This document shows, in pieces, positions 10,660 to 24,500 of a stretch of DNA of 64,000 nt. Where the stretch lies: contig BQFW01000006.1 in the NCBI GenBank assembly GCA_020891255.1, positions 1,488,001 to 1,552,000 on the forward strand, in the 5' to 3' direction. The position numbers were made by a program, and so were the translations under genes. This stretch comes from Entomortierella parvispora E1425 (lineage: Eukaryota > Fungi > Mortierellomycota). Numbering within the stretch: the stretch's first letter is position 1; every line of letters begins with the position of its first letter. The notes beneath the pieces were generated by a model that was given only the letters and a program-made list of their open reading frames with translations, did not search any database and was not told the origin of the DNA.

Positions 10660-13600
10660 CTACTCTAACCCTTGGATCCCCTGGATATCATTGCCGCCAA
10701 TGCCCTGACCCCATGACCGCCGGGTGTGTGCTTTGGATTTCGAAGACGATGACGAAGTGGACGAAGACCGAGAGGACGTCAGAGACGACCTCCGTGCGCC
10801 TGCGTCTTCTGTCGCCAGTTTCTCAGAGTTGTCCTCTCCTGGGCTCAATTTCTCTCCAGTCATGGGCAATGAAGTCGGGCAAGAGTCAGACTCGACTCGT
10901 CGTGATTGATCCTCTGTCCGACTGTCTTCAAAGTGAACAGCTTTGATGGCTCCTGTACTCTGACCGGAGAGGGCTCGGTTCAAGGCTGCTCCCGTGGCAG
11001 GTGCAGCTGCCGCGGATGTTGTGGAAAACGACTTTGTTCCTGTGAGATTTGCTCCCAAAAAGTCAGGGATTAGCTCCACAGGGTCATCCAGTGGTGAAAT
11101 ATTCCTGTTGGCAATCGCTGGGGCAATGGCGTTACTACTGGAGAAGCTCTTTCTCGGGCTATACACACCAAAACTCCTTCGACTATTACTGACACTGTTG
11201 TCCACGCCATTGCTGCTTTCTGTCACTGTCCTATACTGAAGATCCGATGCTGCCGTCCCAAAAAGAGACTTGCCAAACTGTTGTGGCCGAGTTCCATCGG
11301 TCTTGGACGCAGAGGTGGTCAATCCATCTCCAAGAGAGCTTGATCCTGCCAAAAAGTCCTGTACTTGCGCATTACTCTGAACAGGAACGGGACTCAATGG
11401 CGATATACTTCCGAGTGGGGTTGAGTCAGCAACGAGGGGTGGTGTTGTCAATGGATCGCTCTTTCCAGAGGGTAGCGGGTTAAGAGTACCATCCAAACTT
11501 CCCAATCCCCAGTTATCAGACAGCCCGGTTTTGTTCCGCTCCAACTGATAGCTCTTAATGCTGAAGCGGGAGAGTTTCTTGGGCTCAGGTGGGCTCGGTC
11601 GAATGGGAGCAAGCCCCACATCAGCACCCAAGATGTCGGTTGTACTAATTCCTTCACTGAATGCCTTGAATCCATTCTGGTTTTGGTCATGGCGATCCTT
11701 GGGACTAGACATGCCTCCTGCGGATGGGATCGAAAGTGCAACACCCAAATGATCTTCTGTCTCTTCTGCAAGCGCCAAAGAGTGAGATCGAGACTCGTTG
11801 AGCGAAGAAAATCCACCAAACGATGTCTTGATGGTCTTGGCGCTAGATCTCTGTGGGCTGACTGGCTCCGCAGCTGCGATCGAAACCTTGGATTGCTTCG
11901 GTGTGGTGGGTTGCTGAGCATCCTTTGCGGAGATATAGTCATCAGTTTGTCCCAAACGTGCGTCTTGCTCCAATAAAGTCTCTGAAGCTTCCTTCAGTTT
12001 ATCCAGAGTAGAGATACGTCGATGTCCAATCAATTGACTCTCACGCTTCTGGCCATGATAAGAGTTGGTCCGTGAAGCATATGGCGAGAGTGTTGGTGTT
12101 TTAACTCTGACACTGCCATTGGACGAGATTCTTGATCGCTTTGGCCGTTGAATGCCCTGCACGCCAGAACAGACAGATTGCCACCAATCTTGGCCAGGGA
12201 CGTGTTCTGAGGACCACCGAATCGACATTTCATCGCGGACCCATTCGATCATTTGGCAGTCATCCTCCTCCAGGCATGTCCAGTTTGCTTTCCTGGCCAT
12301 GGCTCGCGCCAGCGCAAGACCCTCAAGGAGTACATCCTCGCCCTTGCGGATCAATTCGGTATTGCCAAATGCAACCGGGCGCACAGGGCTCGTGACTACG
12401 TTGACTTGAATCTGGATAGGGCAAGAGGCGTCCAGTGATTTCGTGGAAGCGTAAATATCGAGCCGAAAAGATTCCTCCCCTTGTTTTGTCTCCTTGAGAG
12501 AAACCCGGCCTTGCTGGTGGATCGGGTAGGCGCGACGCAACAGCACTGGGCGAAGGCGGATCTGAGCAGCGGGATTAGAGTTGTGAGCTGAGCGATCGGA
12601 TGCTGAAGGCGCGATGTCTCCAAAAAGGGTATAACTCCGGTTCAAGAATGCTGCTAATGCATTCCATGTCCTGCTCCGAAACATCGTTGTCTTTGCTCTT
12701 GCATATTGCATTTTGATTGAAAAAACCATGCAAGCGCGCTGGGATGGGTCGTCTGTACGATCTGATGACGATGAGCCGCCGCTTTCATCCTTGGAGGTGG
12801 GTGGGGTAGTAATAGCATCCAGAGATTGAATGAGTGGATGTTTCTCATTCGCGAACACGACACCACTCCTGCAAAGAACGCGACAGTTGGAAGTGCTCTG
12901 CGAGTCCAAGAGCTCACATAAAGAAAGCCCAACTGTCCTAGAGGGAGTTGGTACTGCGGTGTTGACTGTCAGGGTATTTCTTTGTCCCCCTCCAACACTA
13001 TTGAATCGCTTTAGTGGCTTTGTGGCTGGAGATGTTGCAGGTACTTCCTGGCGTGGCTTGTCGATCAAGATCGCTGTCGCACAGTAGCCAGAGCAAATAC
13101 CAACGTTTGAGGGCAAGATTGAATAATCAATGTCGCTCGACTAGGGGTGCCAATAGAAATCGTCGAGTTAGGTCCGTGCTACATCTGGCCCGATTGATAA
13201 GCCCAGAAAAAGTCGTAAAGTTAAAGAGGAGTTACCTGAGCCATGGAATGAAGACGATGATCATGAGAGTCGAGTGTAAGTCCCTGGCCTGCTTTGGACA
13301 AGGCTCCATTTGCCTCGTGAGCCCATAGTCTTTGCGCCTGCGCAACCTAAGTGAAAATAAACAATTGTGGTGGGTCAGGACCCGGTTCACCCCCTTTCTC
13401 ATTTTTCTTCTTGGAGCATGTTTTTGTTTGTTTGTGATATGATATCCAAAAGCGTCCCATGATTGTTCAATGAAAAAAAAAGAGATGAAGAAAATAAAAA
13501 AAAAAAGTAACGCACCAATATCCTTCGTATCCTCTGCACGACCCTCTGTGGAACCTTAGACTGGATAGGATGTTCAAGAACAACAAGGATTCTGTTGGAC

Positions 13601-14620
13601 GGGTGCAGTTCTGCCAGATCGCATGCACAATCGAGTGCCTAGAGATAAGAGAAGGCGTCAGTCAGCCGCTAATGCACTGGACCAAGCAAAGCTCGCCTTA
13701 TCATTGCTGTTTCTACGTGAGAGAAAGACGATCCGCCGGGTCTTACCTCGCGACCTTCTGAAAAGGGAGAGCCGGTGGATTCAACGGCACGGAGAGAAAG
13801 AGAGAGGAGGGCAATGTTTTAGTCATAGTATTCGAGATCGTGGAGCAAAACATGGTGCAGATCCGGTCCTGGTCTCCACGTGATATTCATGAGCAATGTA
13901 CACACACACACACACGCGCGCGCTCCTCTTTTTTTCTTTGTCCGTGTGCCTCTTCTTCGTCCGCTCTGTGGACAGGATGGACAGAATCAACAAGGACTCA
14001 CCTCCCACAACTATATAGTCCCATATCCGAGGATCGTTCTTGTTTTCCAAAGCTTCCAAAGCGTCGGCAGCAATCACCTCGAGAGGTGAGTTCCATTTAA
14101 GAGGAGCGTTCGTCGCTGTGGTAGATGGCGATCTTTTTCTGAGAGCAGGATCAACTGTGGTAGTGTCGTCACTGAGTTTGAGATCGTGCTGCTCGAGCTG
14201 TTGTTGCCCTTGTTGATGGTGGTGAAAGTACTGTTGCTGCTGCTTTAGCGGTAGAGGCATTTGCGTTTGTTGACTATCCTCACTCGGCGCAGTATCGTCG
14301 GATGTATTGGAGGAAAAGAGGAAGGGTCGAAGGATGGTTTTTGGTTGCGGTGTGGGAAGTCCCGAGAGAAGGACGACCTGGCCAGGGGCCGAGGGTTGGA
14401 TGAATCTCGGAGAGACAACGACTCTCGATCCGTCTCTCCTGCTCCTTTCCTGACTATGACTATGGTACAGATAGGCCAGGGCAGAAGAGGCCAGAGCCAG
14501 AGTGGTGGCCAGGGAAGCCGTCGTGGAAGAGCAGAAGAGGGACAGAGCCCACAAGGAAGAGGTGATCAAGATGGGCAGGATAGCAAGTTGATCGGGCGAA
14601 AGTCGTAGAAGACGACTCAT
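10660..14620 (-). CDS. Degenerate GMC-oxidoreductase-like protein with N-terminal hydrophobic anchor and long Ser-rich tail; 5 exons (14620-14002, 13757-13747, 13638-13516, 13346-13236, 13140-10660), about 1114 aa
   Basis: All four introns are GT..AG and the exon phases sum to one open frame; spliced WDYIVVGEGREALDCACDLAELHPSNRILVVLE resembles a Rossmann beta-alpha-beta unit; later GRVSL..., EGLALARAM, IEWVRD and GVQGIQR resemble GMC C-terminal landmarks (family call by eye). Confidence 0.7.
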
Positions 14621-15175
14621 AGTGGATAGGAATTAAGAGGGTGGAGTGTGGGGTAAGAAGGCAAAAGAAAAGAAGGAAAGAGTGGTTTGTGTTTATCCAG
14701 CGATAAGAAATAAAGAAAAGGGAGCGTACAAAGACCAGATGGACAAGAGGACAAAGGGTGTGTAACGGTGTCGAAGTGTCGTCAGTTGGGCAAAGCGGAA
14801 AGAAGGTCAAGACAAAGTGAAAAGGACAGACGAGCTGCACGAAGGAGAAAAAAAGTCAAGGGGGCAAAGTGCAGCGCAGTGCAGTGTGTAAGGATGGATG
14901 GATGGATGAATGACTGACTGAAGAGTTGATTTCAAGGAGAGGAGGCGATGTGGGGGAATGGGTGTTGGTGGCGTAGTGGAGCACCGTTGTGGTGAAGTGC
15001 GTGCAATGGTGAGCACAGAGAGAATGATAGAGAGATGGACAGAGAGATGGACAGGGGTATATGAAGGACACAAACACAAGGCAAGGGCTGGACAGACAGA
15101 CAGACAGACAGAGAGACAAGCAGAACAAACAGAACAAACGGAACAAACGGACACCCTCCTGCGGGAATGGGAAGA

Positions 15176-15236
15176 GAGGAGGAGGAGGAGGAGGAGGAGG
15201 AGGAGGAGGAGGAGGAGGAGGAGGAGGAGGAGGAGG
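15176..15236. repeat. (GAG)20 microsatellite, with adjacent (GACA)n, (GGAT)n and GAACAAAC repeats at 14890-15150
   Basis: Direct inspection; lies between the kinase stop codon and the start of the GMC-like gene. Confidence 0.95.
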
Positions 15237-15526
15237 GGGATGAGAGGAACAACGGACACATGCCATGCATGTGGTCCTCTTTTTTGTTGTTGTGGGACTG
15301 CTAATCTGTCCATCCTTTTTTTTTTTCTTTCTTTCTGGTGCCTGTCTATCTGGCTTTATCGCTGCTGTGGCAGTGTCTCTGCTGTTCGTGTCTCTGACGC
15401 GACAATCGATCGCTCTTTCAATCGGTCGGACCTGCAGCTGTTCATGAGGAAAGCCATCGTCTCTTGCTGTTGGTGGTCAAATCTCTTCTACCTTTTACGT
15501 ACTCGATGGTGTTTTCAACGCAAGTC

Positions 15527-18166
15527 CTAATTCTTTTGATGTTTAAATGTGAACCCAATAAATGCACCCTTCCATGGCTCTTGCGCCCGTAGGATCAATG
15601 GCAACGACGCGTCCTCGTTCTGGACCATCACACCCTCTGTCCCTGCATGACGTGATCTTCCCTCAGTGGACGCTTCGGTCGATGACTGAGATGTTCCGAT
15701 GGATCCAAGCGCTCTGTCGGCCGCTGCCTCAGCATCTTGAACCTGTGCCTGCCGCAACTTCACCTCTTTGTACCCTGCCATGTCCTCTGGATTCGAAAAG
15801 TCGTCAAAGTAGCTCGTATCCATGGGTGTCGAGAGCACAGGCACAAACGACGCGTCCTACAAGAAAAGAAAACAAAACATTATTTTTTTAGATTATGGAA
15901 AAAAAAAAAAAAAGGATGATCACGGACAAGAACCACTTACCATGGATCGAAGTCGACTCCAATCCAGACCGTCGAACCAGGGATGGTCTTTTACCTGCTG
16001 AACAGATGTGAATCTCTCTTCCCTGTCTGTGATCAACCTATCGAAACCAACACGAGTCAGTTCCAGCGAACCATACTGACCATGCAACAAAATCCACCAA
16101 AATGTGCTTTTACCTGGAAATCAAATCCCAAGCCTCATCCGTTAAATTGAACTCCAGATTCTCTTCCGTGTCGTAAACGGGCCTCTTCAAGACCTTGCGC
16201 CAGTGCCAGACATTGACACAAGTCTGGCGTGTATCCTCTGCCTGGAAGGGACTGTACCCACAAAGGAACTCGAACAGGATACAGCCCAGTGACCAATAGT
16301 CTACACCATAGTCGTACCCTTGAGTGGCCAGGATCTCGGGCGCCATATAGTCCGCAGAGCCCACAATCGAAAACGCGCGTCGGATCCCATCGTTCCTGTA
16401 AACACGACTCTCTTCGTCCGAGTTGGTCCCGACAGTTGCTGAAGCCGCCGTCGTGTTATTGGTAGCATGGAGGTTCAAAAGACTGTTGTTGGCAAGGTTG
16501 GATGAAGAGCTGTTCCAAAGCAGATGAGAGGGCGATCGATGAAGGATCCCATTCAGACTTGCAAAACTGCCTCCTGCACCTTGTAGTTTGGTTCCGTCCT
16601 CTATTCCTGCTCCTCGTCCATGAAGATGATGATGGTGAAGGTGATTTCCATGGTTCGCAAGTCCCGATCCTGTTCCACTGGGCATCGTCATGGACGAGCC
16701 ACCGGATCGCCTCAAGGTCGGCAAGCTCGGCTCCATGCTATCCTTCACCTCTTTCAACTTTCTCTTCAGATCCTCGATACGGCTCTCTGCCAACTGACCC
16801 TTGGACAATCCGAAATCCGTCAGTTTCAAGTGACCTGTCTTGTCCACCAAAAAGTTTTCAGGCTTCAAATCCCTGTGAATATACCCTTGCTGATGCAACG
16901 CATCGATGGCCAGGACCATCTCTGCGAAATACAACTTTGTATCCTCTTCCCTCAAGACACCGCGGGCCGTCAACATGGTCCGGACATCGCCTCCTTGCTC
17001 AAACTCCATGGCCAGGTAGACATACTCTGGGTCCTGAAACGAATACAACAACTTGACATGCCATTCCGATCGCGTGGCCGTGAGGACATCCCGCTCTGTT
17101 AGAATGTGCTGCACTTCGTCCTGGAGATGGAGATGCTTCTTGGACATGCGCTTGAGAGCGCAGAGTTCCTGACTGTCGGTTTTTCTGGCCAAAAAGACTT
17201 CTCCGAACCCTCCTTGACCTACTTGCTTTAAGATCTGGAACTGGACCGCTTTGGTGCGTGTGCGACGTAAGCGAAGGGTATTCTGTTCCTGGACACAAAA
17301 CGCTCGCCAGGCTTCCTCTGTTTCTTTGCTGGAGAGCTAAAGAAAAAGAGACCAAAAAGGATTTCAGGTCAGACTTTTTTTTTGTCTTTGAGTAAAACAA
17401 AAAGATTATAACGTTACCGAGCTCTGTCCGATGTTCTTGTTGAAAGCATCCAGTCGTTCCTGACGATTTTTAAGGTAACTCAGCAAGTCAATGTAATGAT
17501 CCAGAAAGTCTACAAGTCAATCCATGGGTTCAAGAACAGATCTGTGGTCAGTCTATAATCTGTCAACGCTTCTCGTATGGAAGAGAAGAGGGTCGTTTTC
17601 ATACAAACATCGGTGCTTTGACACTTTCTAGTGGTTCCTGCACTCGCGCTCATGGCCGGTGGCTCGTGCTCCTGAAAAGTGGGTGGCGGCTGCTGTGTTG
17701 CCTCGAGGTCTTCCATCTCATGAGGCTCTGCCTCAAAGAAGACACAGGAGCCCGGGAGAGGAGTAATGGGGGAATGCATATGAGGTTGTGGTTGTCTCTG
17801 GGTCAGGTTCTGATCGGCACCCAAGGTCATCCTGGCTCTGTCTTCGTCGCTCTCCTTGTCTTCCTCCTGATGGTTGAGGGCCAAGTTCTGCAAGGGAGTT
17901 TCAAGATCAGCTTGAGCTGTATTGTGCCCTGAGTGTGGTTGCTGTAGATGTTGACGCGTGGTAGAAGTATCATGATGCGTTGAAAGGGAGTGCGACGAAG
18001 ACAGGGGAAGAGAGGAAGTCGACGCGGAAGAGTAGAGCGTTTGACGGGTTCGACTTTTGTACATTGGGGTGAGTGGATGAACAGAAGAAGTAGGAGGGAC
18101 GTGCTTGCGCGGCGAGGCCCTGCTCTTGTGCAAAGACAAGGGCAAAGGGATATTAGAGGGTGTCAT
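15527..18166 (-). CDS. DBF2: Dbf2/Sid2-type NDR (AGC) Ser/Thr kinase, multi-exon
   Basis: YFLDHYIDLLSYLKNRQER Mob-binding region, VGQGGFGEVFLARK, HRDLKPENFL, DFGLS, AFSIVGSADYMAPE, C-terminal FIGFTFKH hydrophobic motif; canonical introns. Confidence 0.9.
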
Positions 18167-18582
18167 TGCTCTTTGAGGACAGACAGGGCGACCGATGGGT
18201 GCAGAGGCCGTGTTTGTTTGCACAAATAGCGAATACAACAAAAAAAAAAGATAGGGTGAGTAAAGGAGAGAAAGAGAGAAAAAGAAATGGAGTTGGATGC
18301 CATTGGCATGCACTCCATGGAAGGATGGATGCCATGGAACCATGTCGCGTTTAGCATACCCGTCGAGCTGGCTCATATTGGACACGAGAATCATGGGTCA
18401 TGAATGACGACGATCACGACGACAACGACCCCACACGGTCACGACGCGTTTGCGCTGTGCGCCCCTTTCTCTTCCCCGTTCGTCCTTGCTGTAAATGGCT
18501 TTTGGTTTATTGCTGTTCTGTTGCTACAAGTGAGTGGTTCCCATCGACCCTGATATGCAATGTTCAATGTTCAAAGTTCTTT

Positions 18583-21500
18583 CTAAGCAGTCGATTCCTC
18601 TGTATGGTCCAGGTCCAGGTCCAACTCGGTCTCGTCTTCTTGCCCCTGCGGCGTCTGAACCTCGGTCAGTGCCTGCTCCTCCTCTACCTCGCCCTCAGTC
18701 ACGTCGTGGACCTCGGACTCTCCAAAATTGTCCTCATCCACAAACTCCTCCTCCAAAATCTCATCACCGCCTGTGGTCTCTTGAATCAGCTCTTCTTCCG
18801 CTTCGTGTTCAACAACGTGATCCTCAGACTGCTGCGGCTGTTGGACATCTGCATCCACAGATTCATGAGCCTCGTCATGATGATCCTCTGCGGCCGCCGA
18901 TTCGTCAACTTCAGGTACCACTGATGTCGACACCTCTTCCATCTCACCCTCCTCAAGATCCGTAGTGTTTCCTGGAGTGGTGGGCAAATCTCCTGCTGCC
19001 GGGGCCGATGGCTCCTCTTCAGTCACCTCCGTCACCACAACATGACTGCTTGGTCTAAGACGCTTAACAGGCGGTGTATCATCTACTTCCATGGCCATAG
19101 ACTCGTGTGAAGGCTCCGGCGTCGAAACTTCCTCAATGTACTCCGTATCTGTTGGTCCTGGAGTCGAAGCAAGAGTAATGCTCTCCTGAACGGTCTCAGT
19201 GGCCTGAAGACGACGTTTCTGTCCATGTGGAGCAGTCTTCTGTTGAACATTGGGTGCGGATGGCGCAGCGATCTCGACCGTGGCCCCAGTAGAGTTTGTA
19301 GGAGGTGAGGCAGGCGGAGTCTCGCTCGAGTCTGTTACACTCGTTACCCTTGTCCGTTGAATGGTCACTGTCCTCGCCTCTGGGGCTACAGGAGCCGACG
19401 CTGAAGCCTCAACGACAGGAAGGGCTCTTTGACGCTTGATCACTAATGGGCTAGACCGTGTCTCAGAGACAGCGGAATGGACGGCAGCCGGTCCCGCTGA
19501 CGGACTCTTTGCTGCAGCATCCTCGGGAGTCTTGGGTTCCTGCGAGGATGTTGATGTTTGGAGCTGAGCAATGCTTGCTGGCAAATCATCTTCTCGGCGG
19601 CGTTTAATCACGACACGGCCTGTGGGCTGCGTTGGTGCAGTAGTAACAGGGGCAGGGGTCGCAGCCACAGGAGCTGCAGGTGCAGGAGTTGCCGTAATCG
19701 TAGCCACAGGCTCAACAGTAGTGACCGCTGCCTCTGGCGCTGGAGCTGCCGCAGCTGGTGTTGGGGGTGTTGCTGTTGGTGCTGTTGGTGCTGTTGGAGT
19801 GGCAACGGCTGCAACTGCTGCATTACGTGCACTCAACGGAGGTCTCAGTCGAGACTGACCAGGACCTGGAGCAGGTGGGGTTCTGCCTGGGCGAGCTGGC
19901 AAGCCCCGAATTCCTGGAGCGGTTGCGGTGCCAGCTGTTGAGGTTGCCGTAGCCGCCACTGCCTCAGGCCTAACTGGCCTTCCATTGTTCATCTGTCGGA
20001 CAGGATTGATAGGTCGAACAGGTGGTCTGCCGGCAGTATTGGGCGTGAAGGCTGCAGCAACTGGGTTCAATGCGGCTGGTTTTGCTCCTGTAGTTCCATT
20101 GGCATCTGCTACGCTCAGCTGATCTTTGAGTTTCTGCACCTCTTTCTCCTTGGATTGCAACTTGAGGGAATTACGCATCTCGACCATCCTCAATGCATCG
20201 GCATGCTTCTTCTCCAAATCCTCCTTCAGCTTTTGCTTCTCCTCCTCCAGCTTCGCATCTGCCTCTGCCTGTGTGATTGTTCCAGGCGCTGGGGCGGTGG
20301 AAGCCGCTGCTTCCTGAGTATTTTTCGCTTCGCCCTCTCTCTAAAAGTATAGCAACATATGGGTGTTAGTTAAAAGGAAACCGACTAGTAAAATCATAAA
20401 CGCGCATTGGCCAAGGTTGGAACATACAATTCTTTGAACTAGTTTCCTGTTTCTCTCGATGGTTGCAGTGGTTTTAACCTATAATAGAAGACCATGCTGA
20501 CAGTTAGACCATTGTAGGTGATATCATTTCAATAAACGTTGGAAACATCACGACTAGAAGGATAATTTACCTTGAGAGCTTCAAAATTTCGCTCCTGGAT
20601 CTCTTTGTTTGCCTTCAATTCCTTGTTTTCTTTCTCCAATTCGTCCTTGATGGCTTGAAGGGCATCCAGCTTCTGCTGATGCTCTGTATCCTGAGAGGCC
20701 TTCTTGCTCACCTCTTCAACGCTCTTTTCGAGCTCGCTGATTCTACCCTTGGCAGCGCTCAGCTCCTTCTGTGCCGCATCAAACTTGGGAGATTCTTCGG
20801 TGAATCTCTTCTTCCACATCTGTGCGCTTGTGTACAGCTTGGAGAATCGGCCGGTCAAGTCAGAGTTGGACTTTTGCAGCTCCTCGTGTTCCTTCCTGAC
20901 GGCCAACAGAGTCACTTCAGTCTCTGCTATCTCCGTCTTGTACTTCTCAACAGCATCCTTGAGCTCTTGGAACTCCACAGGGTCGATGCGGTCATGCTTA
21001 GCCATGATTTCCTGAGTTCTAGATCTCCAGCGATCTCTGTCCTCGCCGACTTGCTGCAACTCATCCTTGCTAAACTGAAGTTCAGTTCTCAACTCTGCGA
21101 GTTGATCCTTCATTGGGTTCAGCTGTGAATTCAAATTGCGGAGGTTGTTCTCCATGGACTGGACGCGTGTTTGAAGCCTGCTGTTCTCTGTACGCAGCGT
21201 TGAGTTACTCTCGCGCAAGATATTCAACTGGTTGACCTTGTCAAGGAGCTCCTCCTGTTGCCTCTGCGAAACAACGACATCCTGGTGTTGATTGCGTTCA
21301 GTAGTGAGCAAGTCTCTGGTCTCCTCCAAGGACTTGTTCGTCTGCTCCAACTGAAGCTTCAATCTGCGGGATTCTTGCAGATTGAGCTCGTACTGGCACT
21401 CCAAGATGTCCTTCTCGCGGCGGACATATCGGATAACATCACGAAGTTCTGCCACCTGGTGCTCGGGGCTACCCTTGGCTGCGCCGGTATCATTCTCCGC

Positions 21501-24500
21501 ACCCTCCTCAGACTCCACAGCCGGCAAAGGTGCATTCATACGCTGCTGGATGCTCAGGGCCTGCGCACTCACATCCTCCAGATGATGATGAAGTTTGTCG
21601 TTCTGACTCTTGAGCTCTGCACATCGCTTCTCAGTCTCGGCCAAGGTTTTCTGAAGGGTTGACTTTTGGCTTTCCCAGGACCGCTCAGCTGTCTGAAGAT
21701 TGGCGATGGCGGTCTCCGCAGCTGCTCTATGGCGGTGAAGCTCTGAAGACTGGGCCGCAAACCGTTCCTTCAGGTTCTGCAAGGCCGTCATGTCGATAGC
21801 ATGGTTTGCAAACTCCTTTTCATACTTCTCCTGTGCTTGCTTGGTATCCTCCTGTTGTCGGAGCATTGCCTCTCTATGTCGCTTCTCGATGGAATCCATC
21901 TTTGATTCGGTGTTCCGAAGGGATCGTAGCTTAGAGTCGAGTTCATCCTTCTCCTTCTTCCATTCCAAGCGCTCCTGGTCTACCCTGTTCTGCATTTCCA
22001 TCAAATTCGTTGTGGCTTCCTCGACTCGCTTGTCAGCATTGGCCAACCTGGACTCCAAGGATCTGATAGTCTGGACACTCTCTTCAATCTTCTGATCGTG
22101 ATCCTTCTTGAACTCCTCGAACGTAGCAGTGATCTCTGCGAGTCGATCCTCGTTTGTTTGACTGATGGCCTGGAACTGGGCAAGATGTTCCCGACCTGCA
22201 TCAGCCTCGGATTCGAGTCGTGAAAGTTCATTCTTGAGCTGCAAAACTTGAGACTGAAGTTGCTCTTCACGGGATGCCTCAGTCGAATCTGTTCCATCCG
22301 GCTTCTTCTGGTAAATTGCCAGTTGCTCTTCCCGACTCTTGATTTGCTTAGTGAGATCTTCCACTTTGCTGTTCGTATGATCAAGGGATGTTTTAGCAGC
22401 AATCAGGGCCTCGCGGGATGTCTGGTACTCTGCCGTCAAAGTGTCGATCTTGGTCTGCCACTCCTTGGCCTCGATATCCTTGCGATCACGCAGGCGCTTT
22501 CCGGACTCAATCTCTTCCTTCAGCCTGTCCTTCAGCGTTTCAACCTCCTGCTCCTTGCTTGCAATAGCAGTTTCCAAGCGACGCTTCGTTTGTTCGTTGC
22601 CACGTTCTACCTCATTAGCCATGTTTTGTACAGCCCGCAACAGGTCGTTGACCTGTGCCTTCTCGATATTGAGGCTCTTGTTTTGCTCCAAAATTTGCTG
22701 TTCATACGCCTTCGTCATTTTATGATCGTTCCTGAGACTGCTCAGTTCAGCATTGAGTCGAGAGGCGGCATCCCGTTCAGTGTACAGCTCTGAAGTGATC
22801 TTTTGGTTGGCCTCTTCCTGGAGTTTAGAAGAGTTCCGCAGGAAGTTGCACTGTTTCCTGAGTTCGTCGACTTCTGTTGACAAATGAGTATTGGTAACAA
22901 TGACACCTTGGTAACGGTCGTCCAAAATAGCAATCTGTGTCTTTGCACGTCCAAGTTGAATTCGACTCTCCGAGTTCTCTGTCTGGGCCTGTTGGAGTTG
23001 ATCCTTCAGGTGCTTGTTATCCACACTCGTCTCAGCGCGGTAGGCGTCAAAGGACTTTTGGAGGTCCGCGAAAAGTTTGGCATATTCGAGCGATTCATCG
23101 CTAACTGCCTTGTTTGCCTCAGTGACCTGATCTGGCGAAGATTGAGAGGTGACCGAGCCTGCGGCAAGAGGATATTTGATATTGGAGGTCTTGAGGATTC
23201 TACGCATCATGTCAAGTTCCTGCTTGTATGTTGCAATTTGAAGTTCCTTGGCGCCGATCTCCTCGCGCATGTTCTCGATCAAAAGCTCGGCCTCTGCAAT
23301 AACCTCAAGCTCATCCTTCTTCTTGGCCTGGGCCTCAGCCCCCTCAGCTTGCTCGCGAGCCTGGATCATCTGTCGGGCGACCTCTCTGAGCTTCTTGTTC
23401 TGCTGTTGCATCTCCTGGAGGTTGGCAAAGAGCACGAGATGGTCGTCAATGACCTTTTCTCCATCTGACTCCATTCCTGTGCCGACGCTGAGAGTAGATG
23501 CAGGTGCGAGTTCTTGAGGTGCATTTGGCGCCTTGAGTCGCCAGAGCAAGTTTTGAACCTGACGATCAAGATCCTGATTCTCCTTGTGAAGAAGGTCTCG
23601 CTCTTTAACAACTCCATCCAGCTGAGCCAGGGCCTCACGGGCTCCGTATGCGATCTGGTCTTTCTCGAGAGAGATTGCCTCCAGCTGTACCGCCAATTCC
23701 TCGGCGTGACGCTGTAATCTCTGGTGCTCCTCCTGCTGCTCACGGATCAAAGGAGCCTATTACGGTATTTGGTGTTAGTTTTTCATGGCAAGAAAGTATT
23801 CCAAATAAATGTTCATTGTGATAACATCATGTACATACCCCGTCCGCAAGATCCTTGACAATCTCCTCCATAGTTTCCTGCAAACGAGAATTCTCGTTTT
23901 TGAGGCGGAGATGATCGCTTTGCAGCTCCATGTATCGAGCATACTATGCGTTTTTTTTTTAAAAAAAAAAAAAAAAAAAAGAAAATAAGTATGTTAGATT
24001 CATGATGCCGAGGGATAATGGACAATGAGGGGTGTAAATTTAAACCTACCACTTGTGTAAGAGACATGCCAGTCTTTTGAATGCGAGCTGCAACGGCTGC
24101 AGTGGGTGAGAGGACACCAATCTACGACAATTACGATAATGGTAAACACTTTGACTTTGGATGAAGAAAACACCATAAACGAGCTGTAGAAATTACCCTT
24201 CCGATATCGAATCCAGATGATCCAGTTGTATCAATCAATCCAGCCTTGTTCAAGAGCTCGTCTGCACGTTTCTGCTCCTCCTTCAATTGCTCAATCTGAA
24301 TCAGGGACTTTTCAAGATTGATTTGTAGTTGAACCTTTTCTTCAGACACCTCAGTCATGTTCTCCTGGTACTCGGAATCCTTGTTGGAGAGAGCGCGTTG
24401 CATTTCATCCAGTGATTCTAAGAGGGCACAGTATGTATTAGTCTAGGATCGTGGCTTTTTATCCAAACGCCTCCATAGCATATCAATATCAAGGCTTACG

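Noticed and set aside
14807-15313. Poly-L, poly-P, poly-S, poly-R and poly-G ORFs
   Set aside because: Artefacts of the (GAG)20 microsatellite
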